64,000 nucleotides of DNA, taken from assembly GCA_963793865.1 (NCBI GenBank), contig CAWCBP010000008.1:32001-96000 (forward strand), in the 5' to 3' direction. Below, in pieces: positions 10,391-21,194 of the stretch (position 1 is its first letter; every line of letters begins with the position of its first letter). Both the position numbers and the translations under genes were made by a program. Origin of the DNA: an uncultured delta proteobacterium. GTDB lineage: Bacteria; Desulfobacterota; WTBG01. The notes under the pieces are model-generated. The model had not been told where the DNA came from. It did not search any database and saw only the letters and a list, made by a program, of their open reading frames with translations.

Positions 10391-10541
10391 CTATTTACCC
10401 CTATTTCCCCTATTTGCTAAGGCAAACCAACTGTCCAGAGGAATTCATAATGCCGTACAACACGGGGCAAAAAGCCTTGACACCCTCCGGTGGTATGGAT
10501 TAAATAGCAGCTAAATTATTCTCGGAGATTACGATCTTTCC

Positions 10542-10997
10542 ATGGAAAAAGATGCCGGCTTCAAGGAGGTCATGCTCTGGATCCGTCTGGCCACGACCTT
10601 CAATCTCGTATACCAGGAAATAAAGCACCAGATTAGCAGGGACAGCATAACCGTTCCCCAGCTTGATATCATAAGCTGCCTGGGGCGGACCGGGGGACTT
10701 CCCTTAAGCGAACTGGCCGAGCGCCTGCTGGTCAGCGGGGGCAATATCACCGGCATCATTGACCGGCTGGAGAAAAACGGGTATGTGTTCCGCGCCCGTG
10801 ATGAGGGTGACAGAAGAGTGGTACGGGCGCTGCTGACAGAGAAGGGATACGTGCTATACAAGGCCTTCCTGCCCCGCTACAAGGACATTGTGGCGGATAT
10901 CAATAAGGGATTAAGCGCCCAAGAGCGGAAGGATCTGCAAAGGCTGCTTAAGAAACTGGCGCAGAGTGTTCTGCTGACCCAGAAGGCAAGGAGGTAA
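10542..10997 (+). CDS. MarR-family transcriptional regulator
   Basis: LSELAERLLVSGGNITGIIDRLEKNGYVFR...DRR wHTH. Confidence 0.92.
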   Translation: MEKDAGFKEVMLWIRLATTFNLVYQEIKHQISRDSITVPQLDIISCLGRTGGLPLSELAERLLVSGGNITGIIDRLEKNGYVFRARDEGDRRVVRALLTEKGYVLYKAFLPRYKDIVADINKGLSAQERKDLQRLLKKLAQSVLLTQKARR

Positions 10998-13900
10998 GAG
11001 AAAGCTCCTGCCTTGCCTGCTCAAGAAAAAAACCTGCCTCGCACCGCTCGAAAAGGTTTGCCGCCGCGGAAAAGCACCCGGCCGCCCTGCCATATTCCTT
11101 CCGGGCTTTATAAAGACGTCCCAGCGAGAGATAACCCTGTCCCTCGATGACCCTGGCACCTATCCGGTGTGCTGACGAAATTGTTGCGCGGTAGTGGGCC
11201 TCGGCATGCTTCGCGGCGAAGGGCAGGGTTTTTGCCAGAAACATGGCGTTCTTTACAATGCCTGCCCAGGAGACGGGTGCCGCTCTGCGGGCGAGGGCAG
11301 CGTAGATATCCCCGATAATGAGCCCGGAAAAGGTGTATCGCCACAGCGCCTGATTTTCCCTCCACCATCGCCGCGCCTTTTTGAGCATGCGCATCCCTTC
11401 GCTGAAACGGCCTTCGTATATGAGCACAACGGCTAAAAAGCACTCGGCCGGCGTGCCGAGATACCTGCAGCCTATGCTCCGCGCGAACTCAAGAACCTCC
11501 ACCAGCAGCTCCTTTGCCTTCCGGTAGTCTCCGCACAGGACGTAGCACATGCCCAGGGACAGCCGGGGGAATTGAGTGTAGAGAGGGTCTTTTGAAGTTT
11601 CAAGGGCAACTCTCGTCCAGTCAATGCCTGATACGAAATCACCCGCGCTCATGTGTCCCCAGGCCATGACCGTATTGCCCCAGGTAATGCCGCGGACGCT
11701 GGCGTTTTCCTGCCCGAGCGCCAGCAGCCTGTCACCTGATTTCCTCACCCTGGCGCATGCTCCCAATGCCCAGTATGCATAGCCGTCCGAGTCGTGGGAC
11801 TGGAAGAAGGGATAGCTTTCCCATGCCGTGCCGGCGGACAGCGCCCTGGCCTCCCGCCCGTGTGCTATGCCTTCCTCCATGCGCCCCAGGTCGACGCAGG
11901 TCCAGGCAAGCCAGGTGTGGGCATAGCCATTGACACTTTTGTTGCTTTCCTGCTGACCCAATTCAAGGGCTTTGCTCAGAAATCGGTGTGCATCCCGGAA
12001 CTGCTCGTTGCCCCACAGGCTCGCTCCCAGCCACACGTAAAAGATCCCGCGCCTTTCAGGATCATCAAGCGATTCAGCCTCCGGCAGGTGCTTTCTGAAG
12101 AGCGTCTCCAGCTCCCTGAAGGTTCCCCGGAAGTAGAAAACCGGGGCCCAGTTGTTCAGAAGATCAATCAGCGCTGTTGTATCTGCAGCCGGGCTTTCCA
12201 CCGCATTGATGAGCAGTTCATATGCTTCGCTATAGTACTGGTGCGCCTCTGTCACCGAGTACTGACGCAGGCTCTTCCCGGCGGATTGAACAAGATAGTG
12301 GATGGCCTTTCGCGGGGATTTGCCGTGTTTGAAGTGGAAGGCAAGCGTCTCCGGCGGCACCTCCATGCTGCCGGGAATCATCTGTTCCATCACCATCCCA
12401 AGCCGCTCGTGGATCTCCTGGCGCTCCTTTTTAAGGAGGCTCTTATACACCACCTCCTGGATAATGGCATGCCTGAAGCTGTAGCGGGGATCAGGGTGGG
12501 CAGCAGTGAGCCTGATCAGGTTGTGCTGTTCCAGCAGCTCAAGCTGCTCTGAAAGCTTTGTCTGATCATCGATGATCCTGGAAAGGATATCCCCGGAAAA
12601 ATGTTTGCCGGCGACGGCTGCCACCTGGAGCACACGTTTGGCCCCCGGAAAGAGACAATCAATCCGGGCGGCAACAAGTTCCTGTACGGTGCGCGGTACC
12701 GATGAGCTTTTAAGCGGTTTGGTAATATGCCAGGCGCCTTTCTTCTCAACCAGAACAGCCGATTCAATCAGGGTGTTGAGCATCTCTTCCAGGTACAAGG
12801 GATTACCGTCAGCTTTTGCCAGGATAAAACGCTCCAGTGCCGGAGGAACGGCATGGGGTTGCAGCAGTGATTCCAGGAGCTGCCGCGATTCTTCGGCAGA
12901 GAGGCCGGTCAGGTTTATGTGACGGCAGGGCAATCCCTCCGCAAACCCGTGCAGACCCGGTAAAACATGGGCCGCGGGCCTGAAGGTGTAAATAAAGAGG
13001 GCGGGACAGTTGAAGTCCCCGAAGGTCTTGATGGATTCCAGGGATGACGGATCCGCCCAGTGAATGTCTTCCAGGAAGAAGACGGTCGGCATGCGTTGGG
13101 TTTCTCTTTTCAAGAGTACCCTCATCGCATCATGAAGGCGCGATTTCCAGATCTCGGGATCCGCGGCGGCTGCCTCCCTGGAATCGACACCGTACAATCT
13201 TTCCAGGCAGGCGGCCAATGGCGTGCTCTCTTCCGTCGTGAACTTATAGGTGCCTTCGATTTTTTGCCGTATGACATCAACTGCATCACCCTCTCCGATG
13301 TGCAGCATGGAATTGAGCAGGTCTCGCAGCAGGGCATAGGAGATGTTCCTGGAATAATCATGGGCATACGCGCTGTGCCACCTTATTGCCCGGTCCTGCA
13401 ACGATGACTTAAACTCATGGACCAGCCTGCTTTTTCCCGTTCCGGCTTCACCGCAGATGGCGATAACCGATCCCTTTCCTACCCATAACCGGTCAAGGGC
13501 CTCGCACAGCAGTAGCATCTCCCGCCGCCTTCCGATGAGCGGACTTTGCAGTGCCCGGTGCGGGTTTATCTTGTGCGGCTGGGCAGGTGCGGACAGGACC
13601 CTGGAGATTAAAACCGGTTCGGACCGGCCCTGAACTTTTACCGGGACCGGAGGCTCAAAGATGAAGTATCCTTCAGACTTCCTGCGGGTATCCGCGCAGA
13701 CGAGTATGTCGCCCGGTTTTGCCAGCGCTTCAAGCCGTGAGGCAAGGCTGATGGTATCGCCCGAGATGCCGTAATCGCCGTTTGCCGGGTTGAGAGCGGC
13801 AGCCACCACCAGGCCTGAGCTGATGCCCGAGTGCATGGAGAGCGGGGGGATTTTTCTCCCCCTTACCTCCGGATGCAATGAAGCTATGACCCGGTGAATT

Positions 13901-14217
13901 TCCCGTGCCGCAAGAATGGCCCGTACAGGGTCATCCTCATGCGCTGCCGGCACGCCGAAGAACGCCACCACCGCATCCCCCATGAACTTTTCAATGAATC
14001 CTTCGTAGGCAGCTATTATTTTACCGATTGCTCCGAAGATGGCGCCCATCAGTTCATTCAGCTCTTCAGGGTCGAGCTGCCCGGAGAGGGCGGTGAAGCC
14101 GGAAAGGTCTGAAATGAGCACGGTGACATATTTTTTTTCTGCCGGCAGCGGGAGCGATGGTCCTTTCCGACAAAGAGTCTGCCTTATGAAAGGGGTCAGG
14201 AAGATTGCGAGGAAACA
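10948..14217 (-). CDS. Class III adenylate/guanylate cyclase + STAND AAA ATPase + TPR-like region
   Basis: EKKYVTVLISDLSGFT, EKFMGDAV, GEAGTGKS, LEDIHWAD, GNPLYLEE. Frame is open to 14217 with no ATG, so the true start is uncertain (possible indel). Confidence 0.85.
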   Translation of the reverse strand, partial: CFLAIFLTPFIRQTLCRKGPSLPLPAEKKYVTVLISDLSGFTALSGQLDPEELNELMGAIFGAIGKIIAAYEGFIEKFMGDAVVAFFGVPAAHEDDPVRAILAAREIHRVIASLHPEVRGRKIPPLSMHSGISSGLVVAAALNPANGDYGISGDTISLASRLEALAKPGDILVCADTRRKSEGYFIFEPPVPVKVQGRSEPVLISRVLSAPAQPHKINPHRALQSPLIGRRREMLLLCEALDRLWVGKGSVIAICGEAGTGKSRLVHEFKSSLQDRAIRWHSAYAHDYSRNISYALLRDLLNSMLHIGEGDAVDVIRQKIEGTYKFTTEESTPLAACLERLYGVDSREAAAADPEIWKSRLHDAMRVLLKRETQRMPTVFFLEDIHWADPSSLESIKTFGDFNCPALFIYTFRPAAHVLPGLHGFAEGLPCRHINLTGLSAEESRQLLESLLQPHAVPPALERFILAKADGNPLYLEEMLNTLIESAVLVEKKGAWHITKPLKSSSVPRTVQELVAARIDCLFPGAKRVLQVAAVAGKHFSGDILSRIIDDQTKLSEQLELLEQHNLIRLTAAHPDPRYSFRHAIIQEVVYKSLLKKERQEIHERLGMVMEQMIPGSMEVPPETLAFHFKHGKSPRKAIHYLVQSAGKSLRQYSVTEAHQYYSEAYELLINAVESPAADTTALIDLLNNWAPVFYFRGTFRELETLFRKHLPEAESLDDPERRGIFYVWLGASLWGNEQFRDAHRFLSKALELGQQESNKSVNGYAHTWLAWTCVDLGRMEEGIAHGREARALSAGTAWESYPFFQSHDSDGYAYWALGACARVRKSGDRLLALGQENASVRGITWGNTVMAWGHMSAGDFVSGIDWTRVALETSKDPLYTQFPRLSLGMCYVLCGDYRKAKELLVEVLEFARSIGCRYLGTPAECFLAVVLIYEGRFSEGMRMLKKARRWWRENQALWRYTFSGLIIGDIYAALARRAAPVSWAGIVKNAMFLAKTLPFAAKHAEAHYRATISSAHRIGARVIEGQGYLSLGRLYKARKEYGRAAGCFSAAANLFERCEAGFFLEQARQELSLTSLPSGSAEHSAPVS

Positions 14218-14658
14218 TCATGTAAAGTGCCCGGCAGGTGATGTGGTATGGTTTTGTTGACGGACGATGCACTGCGGATTTCCCGGGCCGCCACAACGCC
14301 GTCTCAAGCTTTGGCGCAATCTTCAAGTAAGCAAATAAAAGGCCAGGAGGGTCCGGGAGGAACAGAACCCTGTATATGCAGTTCTTGTGAAGGAGCGGAA
14401 AGGGGTTCTTATTACCTTTCCCGGTGCTTATTCAGATGGAAGGACGCGCTTCGTGTATAACATATTGATAAAAGGTGTAAAAGTTTATGAACACATCTTT
14501 TAACTATAAAATATTCATATGTAAATAGTTCTTGAACTTTCATTAAGAATCCTATAAAAATTTTATCATTATGCTTCAATTGCGCACTTACCTATTGAGC
14601 ATGGAAGAAAAGTTCATAAGCCGGATGGTTATTACTGCCCTGATTGAGCGGGAACGGG

Positions 14659-17059
14659 ATGAAAAATAAGATTAATAATTTTGTCAATTGGTTCAGCCAC
14701 AGCCTTATTAAATACAGATATGGCTCTTTCTTTTTGTGCATCGTTATCACCGCATTTTTTATCTATCAATTAAAGGACATTTCTTTTAACACCAACCTGG
14801 GGGATTTTTATCCCTTAAAGCATCCCTATCTGAAGGTACAAAACCAGCTTGATGAAATATTCGGCGGGCTCAATCAGGTGGCCATCGCCATTGAGGTCAA
14901 AAACGGCACCATCCTGAATCCCGCGACATTGGAGAAGGTCTGGCAGATTACCAGGAAGCTCTATCTGACCGAGGGCATCAATAACGGGCGGTTGATGTCA
15001 TTATCCGCGAGGAAAAGTGAAGCATGTCGAGGCCAATGAGGAGGGGTTCAATACCTTTCGCCTGATGCACGATCCGCCGCGCTCGGAGGAGGAACTCAAG
15101 CTGCTGCGGGATAGAATAGTCGTCAATCCGCTCGTGTACGGGCCGATGGTTTCAAAGGACTTCAGGGCCACCCTCATCCAGGCTGATTTCGAGTCCACTG
15201 TTTCAAGCCGCACCATCTTTCAGTTGCTGCAGCAGATTGAGGCGCAGTATGAGGATGAGAATCACGCCATTTATATCGCCGGCCAGCCTGTTCTGCAGGG
15301 CTGGCTTGATTTTTATCTGCCGCGCATGAGCTGGCTTTTTGTCCTGGCAATTCTGGCCATGAGCCTGGTGCTGTATAATGTTTTTAAATCAAAGCGGGGG
15401 GTGCTGGTTCCGATCCTCTCCTCGGCAATGGCGACTGCCTGGGGACTGGGCATTACCGTATTGTTCGGCTACAAGCTTACGCCCGCGACCGTGCTTGCAC
15501 CCTTCCTGGTATTCGCGCTCGGCGTGAGCCACAATGTCCAGTACATTAAGCTCTATTATGAGTTTATGTACCGTGACAAAAAAAACTCCAGGCGCGCGGC
15601 CATGAAAACATCCCGCTCCCTGTTTGTGCCCGCGTTTACCGGGCTTTTGACTGACGGCATCGCGCCGTTCACCCTGCTGATTGTTCCCCTGGGCATGGTG
15701 AGAAGTCTGGCCATAGGAATCGGCTTCGGCATCCTGAGCATTTTCTTTTCAACCATCATTTTTGTTCCCTGCCTGCTTTCCTTTATGACGCCTCCAAAAC
15801 GCTATGAGGTTTTGCGGGAAGAGAAACCGACCATCACCAACCGGGTGCTGGGCTATTTTGCCGCCATCGCGGTGAACAAAATTTCTCGCTGGACGGTGAT
15901 TGTTGTGTTCTTTGCCTTAACGGCAGTAAGCCTGATCGGCATACGGCAGCTGGAGGTGGGAGACAAAAAGCCGGGAACCGCCCTGCTCTATGCCGGCAGC
16001 CCCTACAACAAAGCGGAGAAATTTATCAGCGAGCATTTTTTAACCTCTGACCCGTATTACATTTTTGTGGAGGGCGCATCCAGTGAGGCATTAATAGCCG
16101 TCAGCGCCCTCCGGGAAATGGACGGCCTGCAGCGCTACCTTGAAAAAGAGGTGGAGGGCGTGGGCCGCACCCTGTCGCTGGTTGAATATGTCAAAAATAT
16201 GAACAGGGTGATGTTTGCCGGGGACATGAGGGAATACCGCATACCTGAAAATGATCAGACCATAGCCGAATATCTGTTTTTATATTCCCTGACGGCGTTT
16301 CCCGGTGATTTTGACCCGGTGGTCAGCCCGGATTATAAATACGCCAATATAAAAGTTGACGTGAAGGACCATAAAAGCGCCACCATAAATGCGCTGATAG
16401 AGAAAACGGAAACGTGGATTCAAAACAATCACCGCAGCAGTGATATATCCTTTGCCTATGCCGGCGGCAATATCGGCATGCTTGCCGCGGTGAACCAGAT
16501 CGTCAAACCGATGCTCAGCGGAAATTCCTTGCTCACCTCCGCCCTGGTATTCTTCTGCCTGGTTGCGGCGTATGGTTTTGTCGCCGGGTGGCTTTTATTC
16601 CTTCCTCTGATTTTCAGGACCATCCTTGTTTTCGGCATCCTGGGTTTTCTCAAAATCGGGCTGACCTGTGAGCTGATTCCCGTCGTGGCTTTGGGCATCG
16701 GCTTCGGAGACGACTTCGGCATATATATTCTGTCACGGTTGATGGACGAGATGAAAGAAAGCGGCGGCAATTTGAAAAATGCCCTGGTCAAGTCCATGGC
16801 CACCTCAGGCAAGGCGGTATTTTTTACAGGGCTTACCCTGACCATAGGCATTGCCACCTGGATGTTTTCCGATATTTTGATGCAGGCGCGCCTGGGCGCC
16901 CTGCTGGCTTTTTTTATTTTCTTTAACGCCATAGGCACTCTTATCGTCATGCCGTCCATGATAATGACGGTGAGGCCCAGGTTTTTGACCAGAATAAGCG
17001 AGATGTCGTCGAACGAACATGCATCACTGCCGGTGGACGGGTTGAAAGCGGAGGTTTGA
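14659..17059 (+). CDS. MMPL/RND-family transporter, frameshifted at 15013-15016
   Basis: Two MMPL repeats, FGGLNQV, GIGFGDDFGIY, SGKAVFFT; removing one A joins SLSARK to VKHVEANEEG. Confidence 0.85.
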
Positions 17060-17086
17060 CAGAAGGATGTTACGTATTGCTGATCG

Positions 17087-17136
17087 GTAGGAGCGGCTTT
17101 AGGCCGCGAATGCATCGCGCGTGAACGCGCTCCTAC
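17087..17136. repeat. REP doublet, family B (GTAGGAGCGGCTTTAG(G)CCGCGAA plus inverted partner)
   Basis: GTAG foot and hairpin, two REPs in inverted orientation; related copies at 19085, 31603, 35172, 39285. Confidence 0.8.
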
Positions 17137-17201
17137 CGAAATCTCAAATATCCTTGGCTCGAGCTTGGGAAAATAAAAGGCGGAAAGGAGACAGACAGCG
17201 T

Positions 17202-17951
17202 ATGGATATGAAAAAAGAGGTGCACGTAAGCGCGAAGGACCTGATGGCCATGGTGCGGATGGAGCCGGGAAGGGTCGGGACCTACACCATAGTCCCCGGG
17301 CCCCGGGAGCGGCTGCAGTCTATTGTGGAAAAACTCGAGCATCCCGCCGAGGACTTTTCCTACCTGGAACATACCATGTATACCGGCTTTTATAAGGGCA
17401 CGAAGGTTACCGCGGTCAACGGAGGCATGTACAGCCCCCAGGGTGCCATTATGGCGGAGATAGTGTGCGCGGCGGGAACAAAGTGCATCATCCGCGCCGG
17501 ATCCTGCGGCGCTCTTGCTGAAGATATTGCCATCGGGGATCTGGTTATCGTGACCGGTGCGGTGCGGGGTGAGGGGACGACCCCCTATTATGTCCCGGAC
17601 AACTTTTCCACGGTTGCGGATGTCCGGGTTACCTCGGCCCTTATGAAGGCCGCGGAGATGCTCGGGGTTACCTGTCACCTGGGGCTGGCATGGACTACTG
17701 ATGCGCTCCTCAGAGAGACCAGGGAACGGGTCGAAGAGATGAGAGCCCTTAAGGTCAAGGCAGTGGACATGGTTTCATCCAGCATCCTGACGGTTGCCCA
17801 GCTGTACGAGGTGGCCGCAGGATCAATTCTGGCCGTAAGCGACAACCTGATTACCGGTGAACTGGGATTTATGAGTCCCCGGTATTACGAAACGGAAGCG
17901 AAGATGATCGACATTGCACTTGAAGCAGTGACCATCCTGGAAGGGAAATAA
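17202..17951 (+). CDS. Nucleoside phosphorylase (PNP/UDP family), diverged
   Basis: YTGFYKG, IIRAGSCGA, IGDLVIVTGAVRGEGTT, AVDM, LAVSD; AAGGAG RBS. Confidence 0.85.
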   Translation: MDMKKEVHVSAKDLMAMVRMEPGRVGTYTIVPGPRERLQSIVEKLEHPAEDFSYLEHTMYTGFYKGTKVTAVNGGMYSPQGAIMAEIVCAAGTKCIIRAGSCGALAEDIAIGDLVIVTGAVRGEGTTPYYVPDNFSTVADVRVTSALMKAAEMLGVTCHLGLAWTTDALLRETRERVEEMRALKVKAVDMVSSSILTVAQLYEVAAGSILAVSDNLITGELGFMSPRYYETEAKMIDIALEAVTILEGK

Positions 17952-17953
17952 GC

Positions 17954-18971
17954 ATGGACCTCCCTCTCCTGGCCTGGCCGGTAAAAGATGAGGGCGACGT
18001 TTTTTACATACTGGATGAAACAAAGACTTCCCGAGGAAACGGTCTATATTAAAGCCGGCACGTATCTGGAGGCCGCCGGTGCCATCGCGGGAATGCAAAC
18101 CAGGGCATTTGGACAGGTTTTGACCCTGTTTCATGCCTTCCTGATTACCGCCCGGCAAAACAGCGGTGAAAAGCCTGACGTGGTGCTTCCCCGCATCAGG
18201 AAAGTTGCCCGGGCGCTTGAGCAGTCACGCCCCACCTTTGCCTTTAGGGATTTGAGCGACAGGGTCATAAGCTGGGCGGAGCAGGCACTGGCGGAAGGGA
18301 GGGATATTTGCTCATTTTTGGAAGAGCGTATCCTTGGCTTCCTCGACCACCTGAAGGGGCTGCGCATCAAAAGGGCCGGTTCTGCCGCTTCATTGCTGCG
18401 TGATGGTGATGTCATTTTAACCCACTGCAATGTCAGCGGAGAGATGGTGCTTATCGGGAGGGCCTGCAGGCAGGAGGGAAAGACGGTACGGTTTTATGCT
18501 ACGGAGACCAGGCCCTATTTCCAGGGCAGATTGACGGCCTGGGAACTGGCCGGGGACGGCTTTGATGTGACCATGGTACCGGACAACGCTGTGGCGCACC
18601 TGCTCAGTGAAAAGCAGTGCCGGCTGGTGATGGTTGGTTCAGACCGCGTCGCCCTGAATGGGGATATCGTCAATAAGGTGGGGACCTTCCAGCTGGCGGT
18701 TGCGGCACGAACATTTGGGGTGCCTTTTTACGCGCTGGTGCAGGAGCCGGGCACGGTGGAACGGGGTGAGGATATTCCTATCGAAGAACGCGATGAGAAA
18801 GAGCTGCTTACCTACCGGGGGAGGAGGGTATATCCTGAGGAGTCGAAGGGCTACTATCCGGCGTTTGACAGAACGCCCGCTGAGTATATCACACGCTTGA
18901 TCACGTTCCGGGGAATTATCGACCCCCGGGAGCTTCCTCAGGCGTGGCAGCAGTTTGGCAATATGATGTAA
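17954..18971 (+). CDS. mtnA: Methylthioribose-1-phosphate isomerase-like (MtnA/eIF-2B family), frameshifted at 18022-18024
   Basis: ILDETRLP after removing one A; SRPT, THCN, ETRPYFQGRLTAWEL, GSDR, NKVGT, IPIEER, PAFDRTP. Confidence 0.85.
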
Positions 18972-19084
18972 GATGTGTGATGTGGGATCTTGAGGGGTGA
19001 TAAATCAGAAATCAGGAGTCAGGGACAGAAGGCAGTATTCCATAACTCCAGTACTCCAATACTCCAGCACTTTCAGGAAATCCG

Positions 19085-19109
19085 GTAGGAGCGGCTTTAG
19101 CCGCGAATG
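19085..19109 (+). repeat. REP family B single copy
   Basis: GTAGGAGCGGCTTTAGCCGCGAATG. Confidence 0.75.
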
Positions 19110-19140
19110 TACTAGCAACTATCAACAAGGAGCGAAGACA

Positions 19141-20598
19141 ATGAGAGTACTTTTTTTGCAGCCCCCTCTGGGAGCATGGGTTTACTGGGGTGATCATAAA
19201 CCCATTAATGTGAGCCATGCACAGATGTCGGCCTGCGTGCGGGAATGGGTGCCGGGCGCGGATGTCAGGGTGCTTGACTGCCGTGCCTTAAGTCTGGACG
19301 CGCAGCAGATGGTTAAGGCTATTCAGGACATTAACCCTGATCTGATTTACATGGGCGATGCCTACCAGATGACCGAGACCATAGCCATCGTGCCCCACTA
19401 TCAAAACGCGGCCCGGTTGATAAAGAAGGCACGCCCCGCCACGCCCATTTGTGTGGGAGGGTTTTATATTGCGGCAAACTATCAAAGCGTTGCCGAGGAA
19501 ACGCCCGAGTTTGATTTTGTGCTAGCCGGGGAACCGGAAATGACCTTACCAGAACTGTGCACAGTGCTCAGCAAACCTGAACCGGATCTTTCCTCGGTGA
19601 AGGGATTGCTTTACCGTCAGAATGGAACTGTAAGGCTCAATGAATACCGTCCCCTGATGAAAAACTTGGATGACCTTCCCATGCCGGCATACGATCTCTT
19701 CCCCATGGAAAAATACCAGGGATGGAGTACCCTGAAACACTATCAGGAAATATTCACCTCACGGGGATGTCCTTTCGGGTGCAGCTTCTGCATAGACTGG
19801 GTTACCATGGATCCCCGGGGAAACAGGGATTGGCAGCGTTACCGGACCAAGTCAGCCGCACGGGTAGTGGATGAACTGGAGCTCCTGAAAAAGGAGTATG
19901 GGATAACCTACGTCCATATCATGGATCTCAACTTTAATCCCAAGAGAAGCAAGGTTGAAGCATTTCTTAAAGAGATGCAAAACCGCAGGCTTGATATCAA
20001 ATACTGCTTTTTAGGTAATGCACATTCGTTTGTGCGGGACAGGGATTTGCTTGAGGACTTGCATAAAACCGGCTTTATTACCGGTGTCTTCGGTCTGGAG
20101 GTGGCGGATGAGGATGAATTGAAAAAGATGAACAAGGGCATTACGGTTGATGAGGTGCGGGAAGTTACGGAACAGTTTAGAAAGTACGGTATTGTCTCGG
20201 TGATCACCTGGATGATTGGTTTCCCCGATGATGATGAAACGATAATAAAAAAACGCTTCCAGGCATTGGATGAGATTGACCCTGATGTCTCGTCACTGCA
20301 GATGCTGCTGCCGGTACCCGGCATGCCCATGTATGAGGAGTGTAAGCCCTACATTGAGGAGCATGACCTCAAAAAATGGGATTTTCACCAGCCGGTGGTG
20401 CGCACCAAACATCTGACCAAAGAGCAACTCGGAGAGCTGGCTGCCTGGGCAAATAAAGAATTCTACACCAAGAAGGACCGTGTAGAGCGGGTTCTTTCAA
20501 GCACGGTATTGCATCCTGACAGCAAGGCCCTTTTCAAGACCTACATGGCAGGTATGGATGAATATGCGAAGAAGGCTACCGGCAAACAAGTGGCCTGA
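19141..20598 (+). CDS. Cobalamin-binding radical SAM enzyme
   Basis: N-terminal B12-binding-like Rossmann region (ICVGG, GEPE), LDDLPMPAYDL, SRGCPFGCSFC; AAGGAG RBS before ATG 19141. Confidence 0.9.
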   Translation: MRVLFLQPPLGAWVYWGDHKPINVSHAQMSACVREWVPGADVRVLDCRALSLDAQQMVKAIQDINPDLIYMGDAYQMTETIAIVPHYQNAARLIKKARPATPICVGGFYIAANYQSVAEETPEFDFVLAGEPEMTLPELCTVLSKPEPDLSSVKGLLYRQNGTVRLNEYRPLMKNLDDLPMPAYDLFPMEKYQGWSTLKHYQEIFTSRGCPFGCSFCIDWVTMDPRGNRDWQRYRTKSAARVVDELELLKKEYGITYVHIMDLNFNPKRSKVEAFLKEMQNRRLDIKYCFLGNAHSFVRDRDLLEDLHKTGFITGVFGLEVADEDELKKMNKGITVDEVREVTEQFRKYGIVSVITWMIGFPDDDETIIKKRFQALDEIDPDVSSLQMLLPVPGMPMYEECKPYIEEHDLKKWDFHQPVVRTKHLTKEQLGELAAWANKEFYTKKDRVERVLSSTVLHPDSKALFKTYMAGMDEYAKKATGKQVA

Positions 20599-20662
20599 TA
20601 GGCTCCATGGTTCATAGTAATGCTTTCCGGTCAGGCGTGGAATTAAGGAGGAGGAATACAAC

Positions 20663-21136
20663 ATTAAAAAGAACCTGCTGCTATTCGGTGTCCCCGGAGA
20701 AGATTTTCCGGAGTTTTTAAAGGTGCACTATCCATCCGGGCAGTGGACGATCTGGTGCGCTGAGAGCAGGCCATTTGAAACCGTGGTGAGCGAAAGGCTT
20801 AAGGTGTTTATTGCCGCCGGCTATGAGACGGTTGTCATCGCGGACAACATGATTGGATTCTGCATGGCTCAGAAGAAAGTACAGAGTGTGTTTGTTTTTT
20901 ACCAGCGCCTGACCAGTGAGGATGCATCGTGCCAGGGAGGGAGCCTGCTGGTTGCGGTGCTTGCAAAAGAACTGGGGATTGACTGTAACCTCCACCCCAC
21001 GGATTTCGATCACGAAAAAGCGGCCATCAGGGATACCCTTTGTTTTGTGGGTGATAACATCGTCCCCCCGGGGGCGAAGAGTTTCATTCCCAGGGTGGAC
21101 CGGGTGGCATTGAGCTACTTTAAGGAGAGATGGTAA
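20663..21136 (+). CDS. Small MtnA/eIF-2B C-terminal-domain-like protein
   Basis: CAESRPF, VVIADNMIG, GGSLLVAVLAKELGI align by eye with the neighbouring MtnA; start ATT 20663 (strong RBS) or GTG 20723. Confidence 0.65.
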   Translation: MKKNLLLFGVPGEDFPEFLKVHYPSGQWTIWCAESRPFETVVSERLKVFIAAGYETVVIADNMIGFCMAQKKVQSVFVFYQRLTSEDASCQGGSLLVAVLAKELGIDCNLHPTDFDHEKAAIRDTLCFVGDNIVPPGAKSFIPRVDRVALSYFKERW

Positions 21137-21138
21137 AG

Positions 21139-21194
21139 AACAGGGGACAGGGAACAGGGAACAGGGTACAGGGTACAGGGAACAGGGTACAGGG
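21139..21194 (+). repeat. Heptamer tandem repeat (NACAGGG)x8
   Basis: Eight consecutive units, followed by TTCTGA[AC] and AACTGAA heptamers to about 21280. Confidence 0.85.

Noticed and set aside
15010..15020. Programmed ribosomal frameshifts or true pseudogenes at the broken genes
   Set aside because: No consistent slippery heptamer or stimulator and no other decay; sequencing error is more parsimonious
14659..20598. Hopanoid cluster (hpnN/hpnG/hpnH/hpnP)
   Set aside because: No squalene-hopene cyclase or squalene synthase genes; MtnA and aldolase are not part of that pathway; kept only as an analogy
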